From: Crocosphaera subtropica ATCC 51142 | Lineage (GTDB): Bacteria > Cyanobacteriota > Cyanobacteriia > Cyanobacteriales > Microcystaceae | Assembly (NCBI RefSeq): GCF_000017845.1 | Contig: NC_010546.1 | Span: 1,650,001-1,682,000 of the forward strand | Reading direction: 5' to 3' | DNA: 32,000 nucleotides | Shown: positions 1 to 9,295 of the stretch, one piece after another | How positions within the stretch are numbered: the first letter of the stretch is position 1 | How the letters are laid out: every line of letters begins with the position of its first letter | The notes under the pieces: generated by a model | What the model was told of the DNA's origin: nothing | Databases searched by the model: none | Seen by the model: the letters and a program-made list of their open reading frames with translations, nothing else | Made by a program: the position numbers and the translations under genes

Positions 1-1
1 A

Positions 2-520
2 AAACCCCTTGGTTTTTCTGAAAATGGACAGAAACTTTTATTGGTTAAAGATAATATTGATTATACTCGTTCTCTAGTTTTGATCAATCAAGACGGAAAA
101 AATAAAGAACTATTGCGGACTCCTTATCCCATTCTAGATTGTAAATTTGAACCCAGGAATGAACAAGACCTATACTGTTTAAAAACCGATATAATTCAAG
201 GAGAAAATGGACAATATCGAGAAGAACCTTTTTTGTCAGTGGTGAACTTGAAAAAAGAAACAGATTTACCTTTATTAGCTTTACCTAATTATCGAGATGT
301 GGTTTTGAGTATGTCTCCTGACGGGGTCGCTTTATTATTTGATCAGGTGGTTACCACTGTTCCTCAGTCTCCTTCTGATTTATTAACAACAGAACAAGAA
401 GCGATCGCTGATGGACAAGTTTGGTTACTACCGTTACCAGATTTGAAAGAACAAAATAAATCTGTGAATATTAAACCACAAGAACTCATTTTTGGTTTTA
501 AACCTCAATGGTTACCATAG
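2..520 (+). CDS. hypothetical protein, C-terminal part (5' end lies outside the window)
   Basis: The reading frame is open from the window edge (KPLGFSENGQKLLLVKDN precedes the tracked Met at 41), so the gene is truncated by the window. No family recognised. Motifs such as SPDG and DGQVW loosely suggest a beta-propeller-like periplasmic protein. Confidence 0.45.
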   Translation, partial: KPLGFSENGQKLLLVKDNIDYTRSLVLINQDGKNKELLRTPYPILDCKFEPRNEQDLYCLKTDIIQGENGQYREEPFLSVVNLKKETDLPLLALPNYRDVVLSMSPDGVALLFDQVVTTVPQSPSDLLTTEQEAIADGQVWLLPLPDLKEQNKSVNIKPQELIFGFKPQWLP

Positions 521-615
521 GATCGACTTCATGGGGTTGTGGAGATGGGGTCAAAGGGAAAAAGATAGATTAAAATTAAATATAGATATGCAGAACGAAC
601 ATCAAGAGGGTTAAC

Positions 616-816
616 ATGACTAAACTAATTGCTGTCATTGTCTTAGGAGTTTATTTGCTAGGAATCTGGAAATTTATGTCAGGATATAATCGGACTAATT
701 TTAGTCGTCAGTTACCCACAAAGTTAATGTTAGCGTTACTCTGGCCGGTATTGTTAACAGTGAATACATCCTATCGTCAAAATTTTACCAAAGCTTTAAA
801 AGGAAAAGATTACTAA
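616..816 (+). CDS. small membrane protein (two predicted hydrophobic helices)
   Basis: 66-aa ORF with two hydrophobic stretches (LIAVIVLGVYLLGIW and LMLALLWPVLLTV). It ends 8 nt before cobK on the same strand. No family recognised. Confidence 0.4.
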   Translation: MTKLIAVIVLGVYLLGIWKFMSGYNRTNFSRQLPTKLMLALLWPVLLTVNTSYRQNFTKALKGKDY

Positions 817-823
817 CCACTCG

Positions 824-1597
824 ATGAGCGTAGTTGGCAAACTTTGGCTAATTGGAGGGACAGGGGACAGTGTAAGACTTGTCCAGAGTATTGCGAAGCA
901 TTCTTTACCTTGTCTTGTTACTGTAACGACTTCTACAGCAATTAATCTTTACCCCACTCACTCAAACATTACCATTGAAATTGGTAAATTAGATAAAGAA
1001 GGAATTAAACAGTTATGTAAGCGAGAAACTGTTAGAGGAATTATTGATGCGTCCCACCCCTTCGCTATTAATATTTCTCAACAAGTTATGGAGTTTGCTA
1101 ATACTGAGGGAATTCCTTATTTACGTTATGAAAGACCTAGTTTAAAACAGAATGCTCAAGCTATTTATTTAGATAATTTTGAGGATTTAGTTAAAGGTAA
1201 CTATCTAAAAGATAAGCGGGTTTTACTGACAGTAGGATGTCAAGCATTATCTAAATTTAAGTCGTGGCATAAAAACACCGTATTATATGCTCGTATTCTC
1301 CCGAAATTAGCGTCTCTTAAGATGGCTTTAAATGCCGGATTTGCAGAAAACCAAATAATTGCTTTACGTCCTCCCATTACTTTAGAATTAGAAAGAGCAT
1401 TGTGGCAACAATGGAAAATTAATTTAGTCGTAACTAAAGCTTCTGGTAAACAAGGAGGAGAAGATATCAAAGCAACAGTCGCTCAAGAATTAGATATTCC
1501 TCTAATTGTTATTCAAAGACCTTCCTTAACATATCCCCAACAAACTGAGCAAATGTCTGATATTATTGAATTTTGTTATCAATGTTTTCAAGGATAA
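824..1597 (+). CDS. cobK: precorrin-6A / cobalt-precorrin-6A reductase (CobK/CbiJ)
   Basis: 257 aa. N-terminal LWLIGGTGDS nucleotide-binding-like motif and C-terminal VTKASGKQGGEDIKATVAQELDIPLIVIQRP match the CobK/CbiJ family pattern as I recall it. Confidence 0.75.
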   Translation: MSVVGKLWLIGGTGDSVRLVQSIAKHSLPCLVTVTTSTAINLYPTHSNITIEIGKLDKEGIKQLCKRETVRGIIDASHPFAINISQQVMEFANTEGIPYLRYERPSLKQNAQAIYLDNFEDLVKGNYLKDKRVLLTVGCQALSKFKSWHKNTVLYARILPKLASLKMALNAGFAENQIIALRPPITLELERALWQQWKINLVVTKASGKQGGEDIKATVAQELDIPLIVIQRPSLTYPQQTEQMSDIIEFCYQCFQG

Positions 1598-1600
1598 ATT

Positions 1601-1885
1601 ATGTCTGATCCCATCACCCCTGCTATCAGCGATCGCATTTGTAAACACATGAATGAAGATCATAGTAATGCTATTGTTTTATACGCTAAAGTATTTGCAA
1701 ATGTATCAGAAGCAGAAACTGCTACAATGGAATCCATTGATCCTGAAGGGATGAATTTATCAATTACTGTCAAAGGAGAAACGATTCCCGTTCGGGTAAA
1801 GTTTGATCATGTTTTAAAAGATTCAGAAGATGCTCATCACACCTTAATTGATATGGTAAAAAAAGCCAGAACTTCTAACAGTTAA
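1601..1885 (+). CDS. DUF2470 domain protein (heme-utilisation / GluTR-binding-protein-like domain)
   Basis: 94 aa with the hallmark CKHMNEDHSNA (HMNxDH) motif of DUF2470. Starts 4 nt after the cobK stop, so it is probably co-transcribed. Confidence 0.6.
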   Translation: MSDPITPAISDRICKHMNEDHSNAIVLYAKVFANVSEAETATMESIDPEGMNLSITVKGETIPVRVKFDHVLKDSEDAHHTLIDMVKKARTSNS

Positions 1886-2034
1886 TAGTTGTTCATTACA
1901 TGAATGATGAATAATGAATCATTACTTATCCTTAAAGCAGTGATCAGTTATGGGTCACTGTTCACTATTTTTAAAAAGTTATTTATTTATACCAATTCTC
2001 AAAAGTTACTAGAGACTTAATTAATATTCTTTTT

Positions 2035-2245
2035 CCTTTATCTCCCCTGCTCCCCCTGCCTCCTCTGCTTACCCTATTATAACGTATAGTCTTCAAAGAG
2101 ATTTCATATAACTCCTAATATCCAATAGAAATAAGAATGCTATAAATTATTTCTCTCCTCACTCCCTGCTCCCTTGCATTCTTTTGTAGCAAACATAAAG
2201 CGATTTAATATAACTCCGAACTCCTAACCCCGAACTCAGGTTAAT
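2035..2245. repeat. two adjacent ~90-bp imperfect direct repeat units (C/T-rich block plus TATAACTCC core), the second ending in CCGAACTCAGGTT
   Basis: Unit 1 reads ctcccctgctccccc...agagatttcatataactcctaa. Unit 2 reads ctccctgctccctt...agcgatttaatataactccgaa followed by ccccgaactcaggtt. The same cores recur at 11977-12002. Confidence 0.5.
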
Positions 2246-2451
2246 TAATTTTGTACCAGCACTTAACATAGTTTAGCAATTTGAATTCGGTTATTTAACT
2301 TCTTTTTATAATAGAAATAAAAGAAGCACCTGAAAAATAGTGAGCTTCGGGAAAAAAAGAAAGTGGATCTTGAAAAGACTCAAGCAAAATTCTTAATAGA
2401 AGCAACTATGATGGTTGCTCATCAACGCAACAGAAGGAGGGGAAGAACATC

Positions 2452-3414
2452 ATGAAAAAGGTTCAACTGAGTCATACAGGTGTAGAAGTTAGTTGTTTGT
2501 GTTTAGGCACTTTGCGCTTTGGAACCAGAAATACTTACGAAGAATCGGCAAAACTCATGGATCTCTATATTGAAACAGGAGGTAATTTTATTGATACTGC
2601 CAACGCTTACGATCAATGGTGCGATCAAGGTAAAGGAGGAGAAAGTGAAATTACCATCGGACGTTGGTTACGAGAAAGAGGAAATCGTGAGAACATTTTC
2701 CTAGCGACTAAAGTTGGCTTTGGTTATCGAGATGTCCCTGAGGGTTTAGCGGCTTCAACGATCATTTCTGAATGTGAAAGCAGTCTCAGACGCTTAGGGG
2801 TCGATTATATCGATTTATATTACGCTCATCACGATGATCCCCAGACCCCCTTAGAGGAAACGTTAAAGGCGTTTGAAAGGCTGGTTGAAGATGGAAAAAT
2901 TCGCTTTTATGGTGCTAGTAATTATCTACCCTGGCGTTTAGCTGATGCTGATGCTATCTGTCAACGTCATGGATGGGCTGGATATTGTTGCGTTGAGCAG
3001 AGGTTTAGTTACTTAAGACCCCGATCTGGTGGGGATTTTGGACCCCAATGTCTCATCGATGAACATTTAATGACCTACTGTGATGCACGGGGAAAAACGA
3101 TGTTAGCTTATACCCCTCTACTGCGTGGGGCCTATGTTCGCAGCGATCGCATCATTCCTTCCCCCTACCTCGGCCAAGATACGGATGAACGACTCAAAGC
3201 GTTACGAGAAGTGGCGCAAGAGGTAAGAAGTACACCGAATCAACTGGTTTTAGCCTGGATGTTGCATCGTCAACCCCCTTTAATTCCTGTTTTTTCAGCC
3301 GGGACTCCTGAACATCTGATGGAAAATTTAGGGGCCCTTAATGTTCATTTGTCTGTTGAACAGATGAAGAAACTTGATCGAGCCGGTCATTGTCTCAATG
3401 ATGAACCAGTTTAA
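2452..3414 (+). CDS. aldo/keto reductase family oxidoreductase
   Basis: 320 aa. Typical AKR layout (LGTLRFG, NFIDTANAY, IDLYYAHHDD, ASNY). AGGAGG Shine-Dalgarno at about 2434-2439. Confidence 0.85.
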   Translation: MKKVQLSHTGVEVSCLCLGTLRFGTRNTYEESAKLMDLYIETGGNFIDTANAYDQWCDQGKGGESEITIGRWLRERGNRENIFLATKVGFGYRDVPEGLAASTIISECESSLRRLGVDYIDLYYAHHDDPQTPLEETLKAFERLVEDGKIRFYGASNYLPWRLADADAICQRHGWAGYCCVEQRFSYLRPRSGGDFGPQCLIDEHLMTYCDARGKTMLAYTPLLRGAYVRSDRIIPSPYLGQDTDERLKALREVAQEVRSTPNQLVLAWMLHRQPPLIPVFSAGTPEHLMENLGALNVHLSVEQMKKLDRAGHCLNDEPV

Positions 3415-5294
3415 TGGCTTTCGATCATGCGTTCTAACTCTACCAGGGGAATTAACCAGACAACATCGTAGGGAAGTAAGTTGATGCAGAGTTGTTGTTC
3501 TTTGGTGGTTAATCCCCGTCTATTGACTAAATCGTACCATTGACTTTGTTTGAGATCGAGATCATCAAGATCAATATTGATAGTTTCTGCTTGGTTACTA
3601 ATATTAGTAATAGCTAGAATATGTTCCTTTTTATTGGGTGAAATACGAAAAATTGAAAACACTTTTTGAGAAATTTCTAAGATTTTTTGCTCGCCGTTGG
3701 GATGAAATGCCACTTGTCTGCTGCGAATTTCTAATAAATGTCCAAGTTGCTCGACAATTTTGGAAAGTTTTGAATCTTTTTTGAGTAAGTTTGTTTTTAG
3801 GTCTTCTTCAACCAGAGTGGTTCGGTTAATATCTCGCTTCGATTTAGTTTTGATGACTGCTTCTAAATCGTTACGAGTACCTATTAAACCATGAAAATAA
3901 ATAGCAGGAATTCCTCTTAAAGCTAAAGCCAGACTACGAGACGCAATAAACCGTTTGACTTGTAATTCGATAGATTCTGTTCCATTGTCAAAGTTAATCG
4001 CACTAAACCAAGTAGAATTAATTTCGTAGGGTTCATCTTTTCCTTCTTCTCCAGTTTTATAGGAAATTAAAGCCCCATGTTCCCTTGCTTGTTCAATAAT
4101 AAAATTAATTTGTGAAGGGGTGAGAATATTTTTAACTCCCATTAAACCAATTCCATCATGAGTATCCAACATATTTAAAAAGTTTGTTGTTTCGGTAGGA
4201 TAGTCTAAAGACTCAGCCCATCGAGAAATGGCTGTACTATCCTCTTTATAAAAAGTATAAAGAACTAAAGGAGGGAGAGCGAAATTATAGATAATTTGTG
4301 CTTCATCAGAACCATTACCAAAGTAAGATATATTTTCTTCATGAGGCACATTGGTTTCTGTTACTAGAACAACTTTAGGATCAACAATATCTAAAATATC
4401 TCTTAATAGTTTAATAACCTCGTGGGTTTGTTCTAAATGAACACAGTTAGTTCCTGGTTCATCCCATAAATAGGTCACTGCATCTAAGCGAATTAAAGAA
4501 GCTCCTCGTCTGACATAAAGTAGAAAAGTATCAATCATAAAAAGCAATACTTTCGGGTTACGATAATTGAGATCAATTTGATCCGGCGAAAAAGTAGTCC
4601 AAACCCAAATTTTACCGTCTATTGATTGATATTCTGAGAGAATATCGGAGGTTCGAGGACGAACTAAGATTTGTCTTTGTTTAGAGGTTAATTCATCGGG
4701 TGAATGATAAATAGTTGCAAAATTTTTATAGTCGGGGTTTCCATTTAACACCTCTTGAAACACATGACTTTGAGAAGAGATATGATTAAATACCCCATCA
4801 AACATAAGGCGAAACGATTCACCTATTGCTTGAATATCTTTCCAGGCACCCAGTTTTGGATCGACACTTCTATAATCAGTAATAGAGAACCCTCGATCCG
4901 ATGAATAAGGGAAAAACGGTAAAAGATGTAAGATACTAAAAACATCATAGAGTTTGACATATTGTTTTAGAAATTCTTGTAAAGTTTTAAGGGGTGTCAG
5001 ATGTTCACTAATCAATAAATCTCCATAAGTAATCAGAATAATATCTTGCTGACTAAAACAATCACTAAGTTCAAATTCTTGTTCAGCTTGAATCCTTTCT
5101 GGAGGTTTATAAGCATAATGAACTTTTAACAGTCTTTCTAACTCTTCAATACAGTTTTTTGCCTCAACCTTTCCGTAAAGCACAGATAAACGAGACAATA
5201 GTTTTTCTCGAATTTCTGACGTAATTTCTAATAACGGTTGAGTATAGTCTGGTTGTGGATAATAGGGAATTCTTTGGTTTGAGTGAAAAGTCAT
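3411..5294 (-). CDS. GH13_18-type sugar phosphorylase (sucrose / glucosylglycerate phosphorylase family, YcjM-like)
   Basis: 627 aa. Motifs ILITYGD, LPFFPYSSDRGFSITDY, MFDGVFNHIS, IRLDAVTYLW (nucleophile region), VTETNVPHEEN and MLDTHDGIG fit sucrose-phosphorylase-like GH13 enzymes. Substrate cannot be assigned from sequence alone. Confidence 0.75.
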   Translation of the reverse strand: MTFHSNQRIPYYPQPDYTQPLLEITSEIREKLLSRLSVLYGKVEAKNCIEELERLLKVHYAYKPPERIQAEQEFELSDCFSQQDIILITYGDLLISEHLTPLKTLQEFLKQYVKLYDVFSILHLLPFFPYSSDRGFSITDYRSVDPKLGAWKDIQAIGESFRLMFDGVFNHISSQSHVFQEVLNGNPDYKNFATIYHSPDELTSKQRQILVRPRTSDILSEYQSIDGKIWVWTTFSPDQIDLNYRNPKVLLFMIDTFLLYVRRGASLIRLDAVTYLWDEPGTNCVHLEQTHEVIKLLRDILDIVDPKVVLVTETNVPHEENISYFGNGSDEAQIIYNFALPPLVLYTFYKEDSTAISRWAESLDYPTETTNFLNMLDTHDGIGLMGVKNILTPSQINFIIEQAREHGALISYKTGEEGKDEPYEINSTWFSAINFDNGTESIELQVKRFIASRSLALALRGIPAIYFHGLIGTRNDLEAVIKTKSKRDINRTTLVEEDLKTNLLKKDSKLSKIVEQLGHLLEIRSRQVAFHPNGEQKILEISQKVFSIFRISPNKKEHILAITNISNQAETINIDLDDLDLKQSQWYDLVNRRGLTTKEQQLCINLLPYDVVWLIPLVELERMIESH

Positions 5295-5558
5295 GGGATC
5301 ACCGATAGTAGATTTTTCCCTGTCTCATGGGAGGTTAGTGTTAGAGTGTAAGGCTATCCTAGCAAATTAGATGTATGGTTCCATTAGGGTTAAGCTCATC
5401 TATTTTTAGAGTGCTATACTGTAATGTTAGCAATCTTAACTCTGCACAGACCTAAGCAGAGGACTTTATTTATTTTTTCTTTAAAAAAACCATGCCAACC
5501 AAGTAATAGAAAAAAATCTTATATAATTGAGTGATGTACATTTATTTTTAAGTTACAA

Positions 5559-6617
5559 ATGGTTGTCACTCATCAAACAGAAATGCCCATTAATCCTATC
5601 TTTAACCCAGAAGGAGATGATGCGATTGAAAACCGTTCTATATGGTTTGGTAATACAACGAATTTAATGCAATTAAATGATGTTCGTTATACTTGGGCTG
5701 TGGGTTTATATCAACAAATGAGGGAAAATTTTTGGATTCCTCAACGGTTAGATGTGACTCAAGATGTGACAGATTATGCTAATTTAACGGACGATGAACG
5801 CTATGCTTATGATGGGATTTTATCTTATCTGACTTTTTTAGATTCTGTTCAAACTTGTAACATTCCTCACCTAAAAAGTAGTATTACTGCTCCAGAAATT
5901 AGTCTCTGTATGGCGGAACAAATTTCCCAAGAAGGAATGCACAACCAAAGTTATCAATACTTAATTGAAACCATTATTCCCCCCGATAGAAGAACTCAAG
6001 TTTATGATTTTTGGCGCACTGATAAAGTATTAAAAGATCGCTGTGAATTTATTGCTAAATTGTATCAGAAATATATTGACGATGCTACCCCAGAAAACTA
6101 TTTTATTGCTTTGATGGCAGACTTTTTGTTAGAAGGGCTTTATTTTTATAATGGCTTTATTTACTTTTATAATTTAGCCTCTCGGATGTTAATGCCGGGG
6201 TCAGCCGATATTTTTAAAATGATTAACCGAGATGAGTTAAGTCATGTTAGATTGTATCAAAAATTAATTCCAGAAGCTAGAAAAGTTTTTCCTCATTCCG
6301 TTGAACAAATTTATGAAATGTTTGACATGGCCGTTAATTACGAATGTCGCTGGACGAATCATATTGTTGGTAACAATATCTTAGGAATTACTGAGTCGAG
6401 TACAGAAAAATATACGAAATATTTAGCTAATATTAGATTACGATCTATTGGATTAGAACCGCTTTATCCCGAACCCAAATATAATAAGAGTCCTTATACT
6501 CATTTAGAGCGTTTTTCTGATACCAAAAAAGAAGCCCATACGAAAGCTAATTTCTTTGAAGCAACGGTTACCAGTTATGTGATGTCTTCTGGGGTAACAG
6601 GATGGGATGAAATTTAG
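5559..6617 (+). CDS. nrdB: ribonucleoside-diphosphate reductase, beta (R2) subunit, class I
   Basis: 352 aa. Di-iron ligand pattern FLDSVQ, EQISQEGMHNQSY (ExxH plus radical Tyr), LEGLYFY and RDELSHV. Confidence 0.85.
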   Translation: MVVTHQTEMPINPIFNPEGDDAIENRSIWFGNTTNLMQLNDVRYTWAVGLYQQMRENFWIPQRLDVTQDVTDYANLTDDERYAYDGILSYLTFLDSVQTCNIPHLKSSITAPEISLCMAEQISQEGMHNQSYQYLIETIIPPDRRTQVYDFWRTDKVLKDRCEFIAKLYQKYIDDATPENYFIALMADFLLEGLYFYNGFIYFYNLASRMLMPGSADIFKMINRDELSHVRLYQKLIPEARKVFPHSVEQIYEMFDMAVNYECRWTNHIVGNNILGITESSTEKYTKYLANIRLRSIGLEPLYPEPKYNKSPYTHLERFSDTKKEAHTKANFFEATVTSYVMSSGVTGWDEI

Positions 6618-6654
6618 CTTTTATTAACAAAAATTAAAAAATTTTTGTGTTATT

Positions 6655-6684
6655 AAGGTGAGTATTCCTCACCTTACTTTTATT
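6655..6684 (+). terminator. putative Rho-independent terminator of nrdB
   Basis: Stem aaggtgag (6655-6662) / ctcacctt (6668-6675), loop tattc, followed by acttttatt. Confidence 0.5.
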
Positions 6685-6855
6685 AATAGTTTAGTTATGA
6701 ATCAAAATAAAAAATATCAAGAATTGGCCGAAAAACACAGTATTGTCAACTTAAATTAGAAAAATATTGGGAGTTGGTAATCAAAGATACAATCTATCCT
6801 TTTATTGGTTAATTAGTCTTTGTTATAATCAAAAAAATCATCAATAATAAGCTAA

Positions 6856-7749
6856 ATGACTGTTTTATTACCTGCGATTATTCCCGTTGCTTTTATTATT
6901 ATAATAGGGGTTATTGTCGGCAAAACATTAGAGATTCATAAACAAACTTTATCCCAATTAATTGTTTATGTGTTAGCTCCTTCATTAGTGGCTGATAGTT
7001 TATATACAACTACCATCTCGGCACAAAATGCAGCCCAATTATTATTAGGAGTGTTTATTGTCGCTTTTATTCTTTACTTATTAGTTTTAGTTATTAGTTC
7101 TATTTTAAAATTTCCTGCTATTACTCGCAAAAGTTTAATTGCCACTGCTATCCATCCCAATAATGGTAATATGGGGCTACCTTTAGTAGATTTTGCTTTA
7201 GGATCAGCCGGCTTAGAAAGAGCAATTATTTATATGATTGGTTCGAGTATTTTATTATTTGGTGTTGCCCCTGCAATTCTTGCAGGAACCAGTTTGAAAC
7301 ATAGTTTAATGGTAACTTTTAAATTACCTTTAATGTGGGCAATGTTAGCAGGATTAAGTTTAAGAATCCTTCAAATTGAGCTACCTTTTAATTTAGGAGA
7401 AGCTTTACACTTATTAGGAAGGGCTGCCATTCCTGTAGCTTTATTGATTTTAGGAATGGAATTAGTTACAACACAATTTAAAGTAACAAATTTTGAAGTT
7501 ATTTCTCTTAATTTTAGACTGATTTTAGCCCCTGTTATTGCTTTATTAGTCGGAAAAGTTATTCAATTAAATCCCCTAGATTTACAAGTTTTTATTTTAC
7601 AAAGTGCGATGCCAACCGCAGTTAATACAGTGGTTTTAGCCACAGAATTTGGAGGAGAAGCTCTCAAAGTTGCTCGCACCATTGTTGTCACCACTTTACT
7701 GAGTTTTCTGACCTTACCCTTTGTTTTATGGATAGCGGAACAAGTATAA
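6856..7749 (+). CDS. AEC (auxin efflux carrier) family membrane transporter
   Basis: 297 aa, polytopic and hydrophobic, with the QSAMPTAVNTVVLA signature typical of PF03547-type transporters. Confidence 0.75.
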   Translation: MTVLLPAIIPVAFIIIIGVIVGKTLEIHKQTLSQLIVYVLAPSLVADSLYTTTISAQNAAQLLLGVFIVAFILYLLVLVISSILKFPAITRKSLIATAIHPNNGNMGLPLVDFALGSAGLERAIIYMIGSSILLFGVAPAILAGTSLKHSLMVTFKLPLMWAMLAGLSLRILQIELPFNLGEALHLLGRAAIPVALLILGMELVTTQFKVTNFEVISLNFRLILAPVIALLVGKVIQLNPLDLQVFILQSAMPTAVNTVVLATEFGGEALKVARTIVVTTLLSFLTLPFVLWIAEQV

Positions 7750-7802
7750 TTAATGTAAGAATTTCTATAGTATTAATAGCTAGAAATAATTGAGGAAATT
7801 TA

Positions 7803-8396
7803 ATGAAAAAACCGGCTAATAATCAATATCCCATTCATGAACTAATTAAACAGCGTTGGAGTCCATTAGCCTTTGATAATCGCCTCATAGAAGCCGAAAA
7901 AATTGCTAGTTTATTAGAAGCAGCCAGATGGGCAGCCTCTTGTTATAATGAACAACCTTGGTCTTTTATTGTTGCAACTAAAGATAATACTGAAGAATAC
8001 GAAAAACTATTAAGTTGTCTCGTCGAAGCCAATCAAAAATGGGCTAAAGATGCTCCCCTTTTAATGTTATCGGTGGCAAAATTATCCTTTGAACGCAATA
8101 ATAAACCCAATCGTCATGCTTTCCATGATGTGGGTTTAGCCGTCGGTAATTTAACCCTACAAGCTCAATCATTCGGGTTATTTGTCCATCAAATGGCCGG
8201 ATTTGATGTGGATAAAGCCACCCAGCTTTATCATATTCCTGATGACTATGAACCCGTTGCAGCGATCGCCGTTGGTTATCCAGGGAATGTGGAGCAATTA
8301 GAAGAAGATTTACAGCAACGACAATTATCTCCCCGCAGTCGCAAACCCTTGAGCGACTTTGTATTTCAAGGAACCTGGAACCAATCTTACTTTTAA
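7803..8396 (+). CDS. nitroreductase family protein
   Basis: 197 aa. RWSPLAF, AARWAASCYNEQPW and the overall length fit the NAD(P)H nitroreductase fold. Confidence 0.75.
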   Translation: MKKPANNQYPIHELIKQRWSPLAFDNRLIEAEKIASLLEAARWAASCYNEQPWSFIVATKDNTEEYEKLLSCLVEANQKWAKDAPLLMLSVAKLSFERNNKPNRHAFHDVGLAVGNLTLQAQSFGLFVHQMAGFDVDKATQLYHIPDDYEPVAAIAVGYPGNVEQLEEDLQQRQLSPRSRKPLSDFVFQGTWNQSYF

Positions 8397-8478
8397 GAAT
8401 ATTTTTATAGAAACAAAAGGCTTCTACCCTTATTCTAGTAGAAGCCCTCTATAAAAGAAGAAATTTTGAGTAAATACC

Positions 8479-8934
8479 CTAAAAAGGACAATCATCCTCA
8501 TCATCTAACTGCATATCCCATTTGGCTGCTAATACTTGAGTTACCATAGCTTCTAAAGCAGCAGCATCAAGGTTAGAATTATTGTCAGGAATCGGAGAAG
8601 AATAGGTAATGGGAATTAACCGTAAACACCGACGATCTTGAATCAAATCAAAATAAGCTTCTTGCTTTTGCGATCGCTGAAGTTGTAAATAATCAAAACT
8701 TTGAACATTGAGATACAAAGAACGATTAACCACGATAGTAGCTTGACTCGGATCATTAAACACTTCGACGATCCATCCCTCCCCTTCGCTTTCTAAATTT
8801 CCATCGAGGGTATGAATATAACGAACCCTTCCGAGATCGTTGAGAATACGTTTCATGTCCTCAGCATTAACAATAATCCCAAAATCAATGATACAGGGGG
8901 CCGGGAACGAGTGTGAGGGGTGATGGTGACTCAT
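8479..8934 (-). CDS. hypothetical protein (His-rich N-terminus, acidic C-terminus)
   Basis: 151-aa ORF with no overlapping competitor. N-terminal MSHHHPSHS and C-terminal DDEDDCPF. No family recognised. Confidence 0.5.
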   Translation of the reverse strand: MSHHHPSHSFPAPCIIDFGIIVNAEDMKRILNDLGRVRYIHTLDGNLESEGEGWIVEVFNDPSQATIVVNRSLYLNVQSFDYLQLQRSQKQEAYFDLIQDRRCLRLIPITYSSPIPDNNSNLDAAALEAMVTQVLAAKWDMQLDDEDDCPF

Positions 8935-9295
8935 AAGAAATTGCCTGAAAGCACAACGATTGGTAGCCAGTCGAGAGACTGTAGGAGTAGTAAAGATAAA
9001 GCTCGATAAAGCTTTTCTCTTTCCTGGGAGCAGAGAAACAATTTTGCTGACAACTTTTAACCCATGTTATCGGACATTTTTGGTGTGTTGTCCCATAACA
9101 TACTTAGATTAGATAAAATTAGGCATTTAGGTTGGAGCCAAGCTGAAATTAGCCAAGCTTTGATAAATGACCGTTAGCCAGGTGCCATCTAACATCATGT
9201 TACCGCAATATTCCCTAGGCATTTCTTAAAGCCTCAAGAGAGAGGGGTTAATTTAGGGATCTTAAATTTTCTATACATATATAGTTAAATATTCA

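Noticed and set aside
1240-1470. 76-aa minus-strand ORF inside cobK
   Set aside because: It is entirely antisense to a well-supported gene, has no recognisable motifs and has a low-complexity composition. Likely a shadow ORF.
2519-2704. 61-aa alternative-frame ORF inside the aldo/keto reductase gene
   Set aside because: It overlaps a confidently identified CDS in another frame and has no motifs.
5295-6617. nrdB lacking an adjacent nrdA, and a possible NrdR box in its promoter
   Set aside because: Unlinked RNR subunit genes occur commonly enough that this is not remarkable. I found no convincing 16-bp NrdR-type palindrome in 5295-5558, since agtgctatactgt is not symmetric.
8935-9295. Possible cobalamin riboswitch upstream of cobS (also considered upstream of cobK and nrdB)
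   Set aside because: I could not find the conserved B12-box (AGCCAGGAGACCTGCC-like) or the GGTG...AATCC / GCCACTG core on either strand. agccaggtgcc at about 9177 is only a partial resemblance. An Infernal search with RF00174 would settle it.
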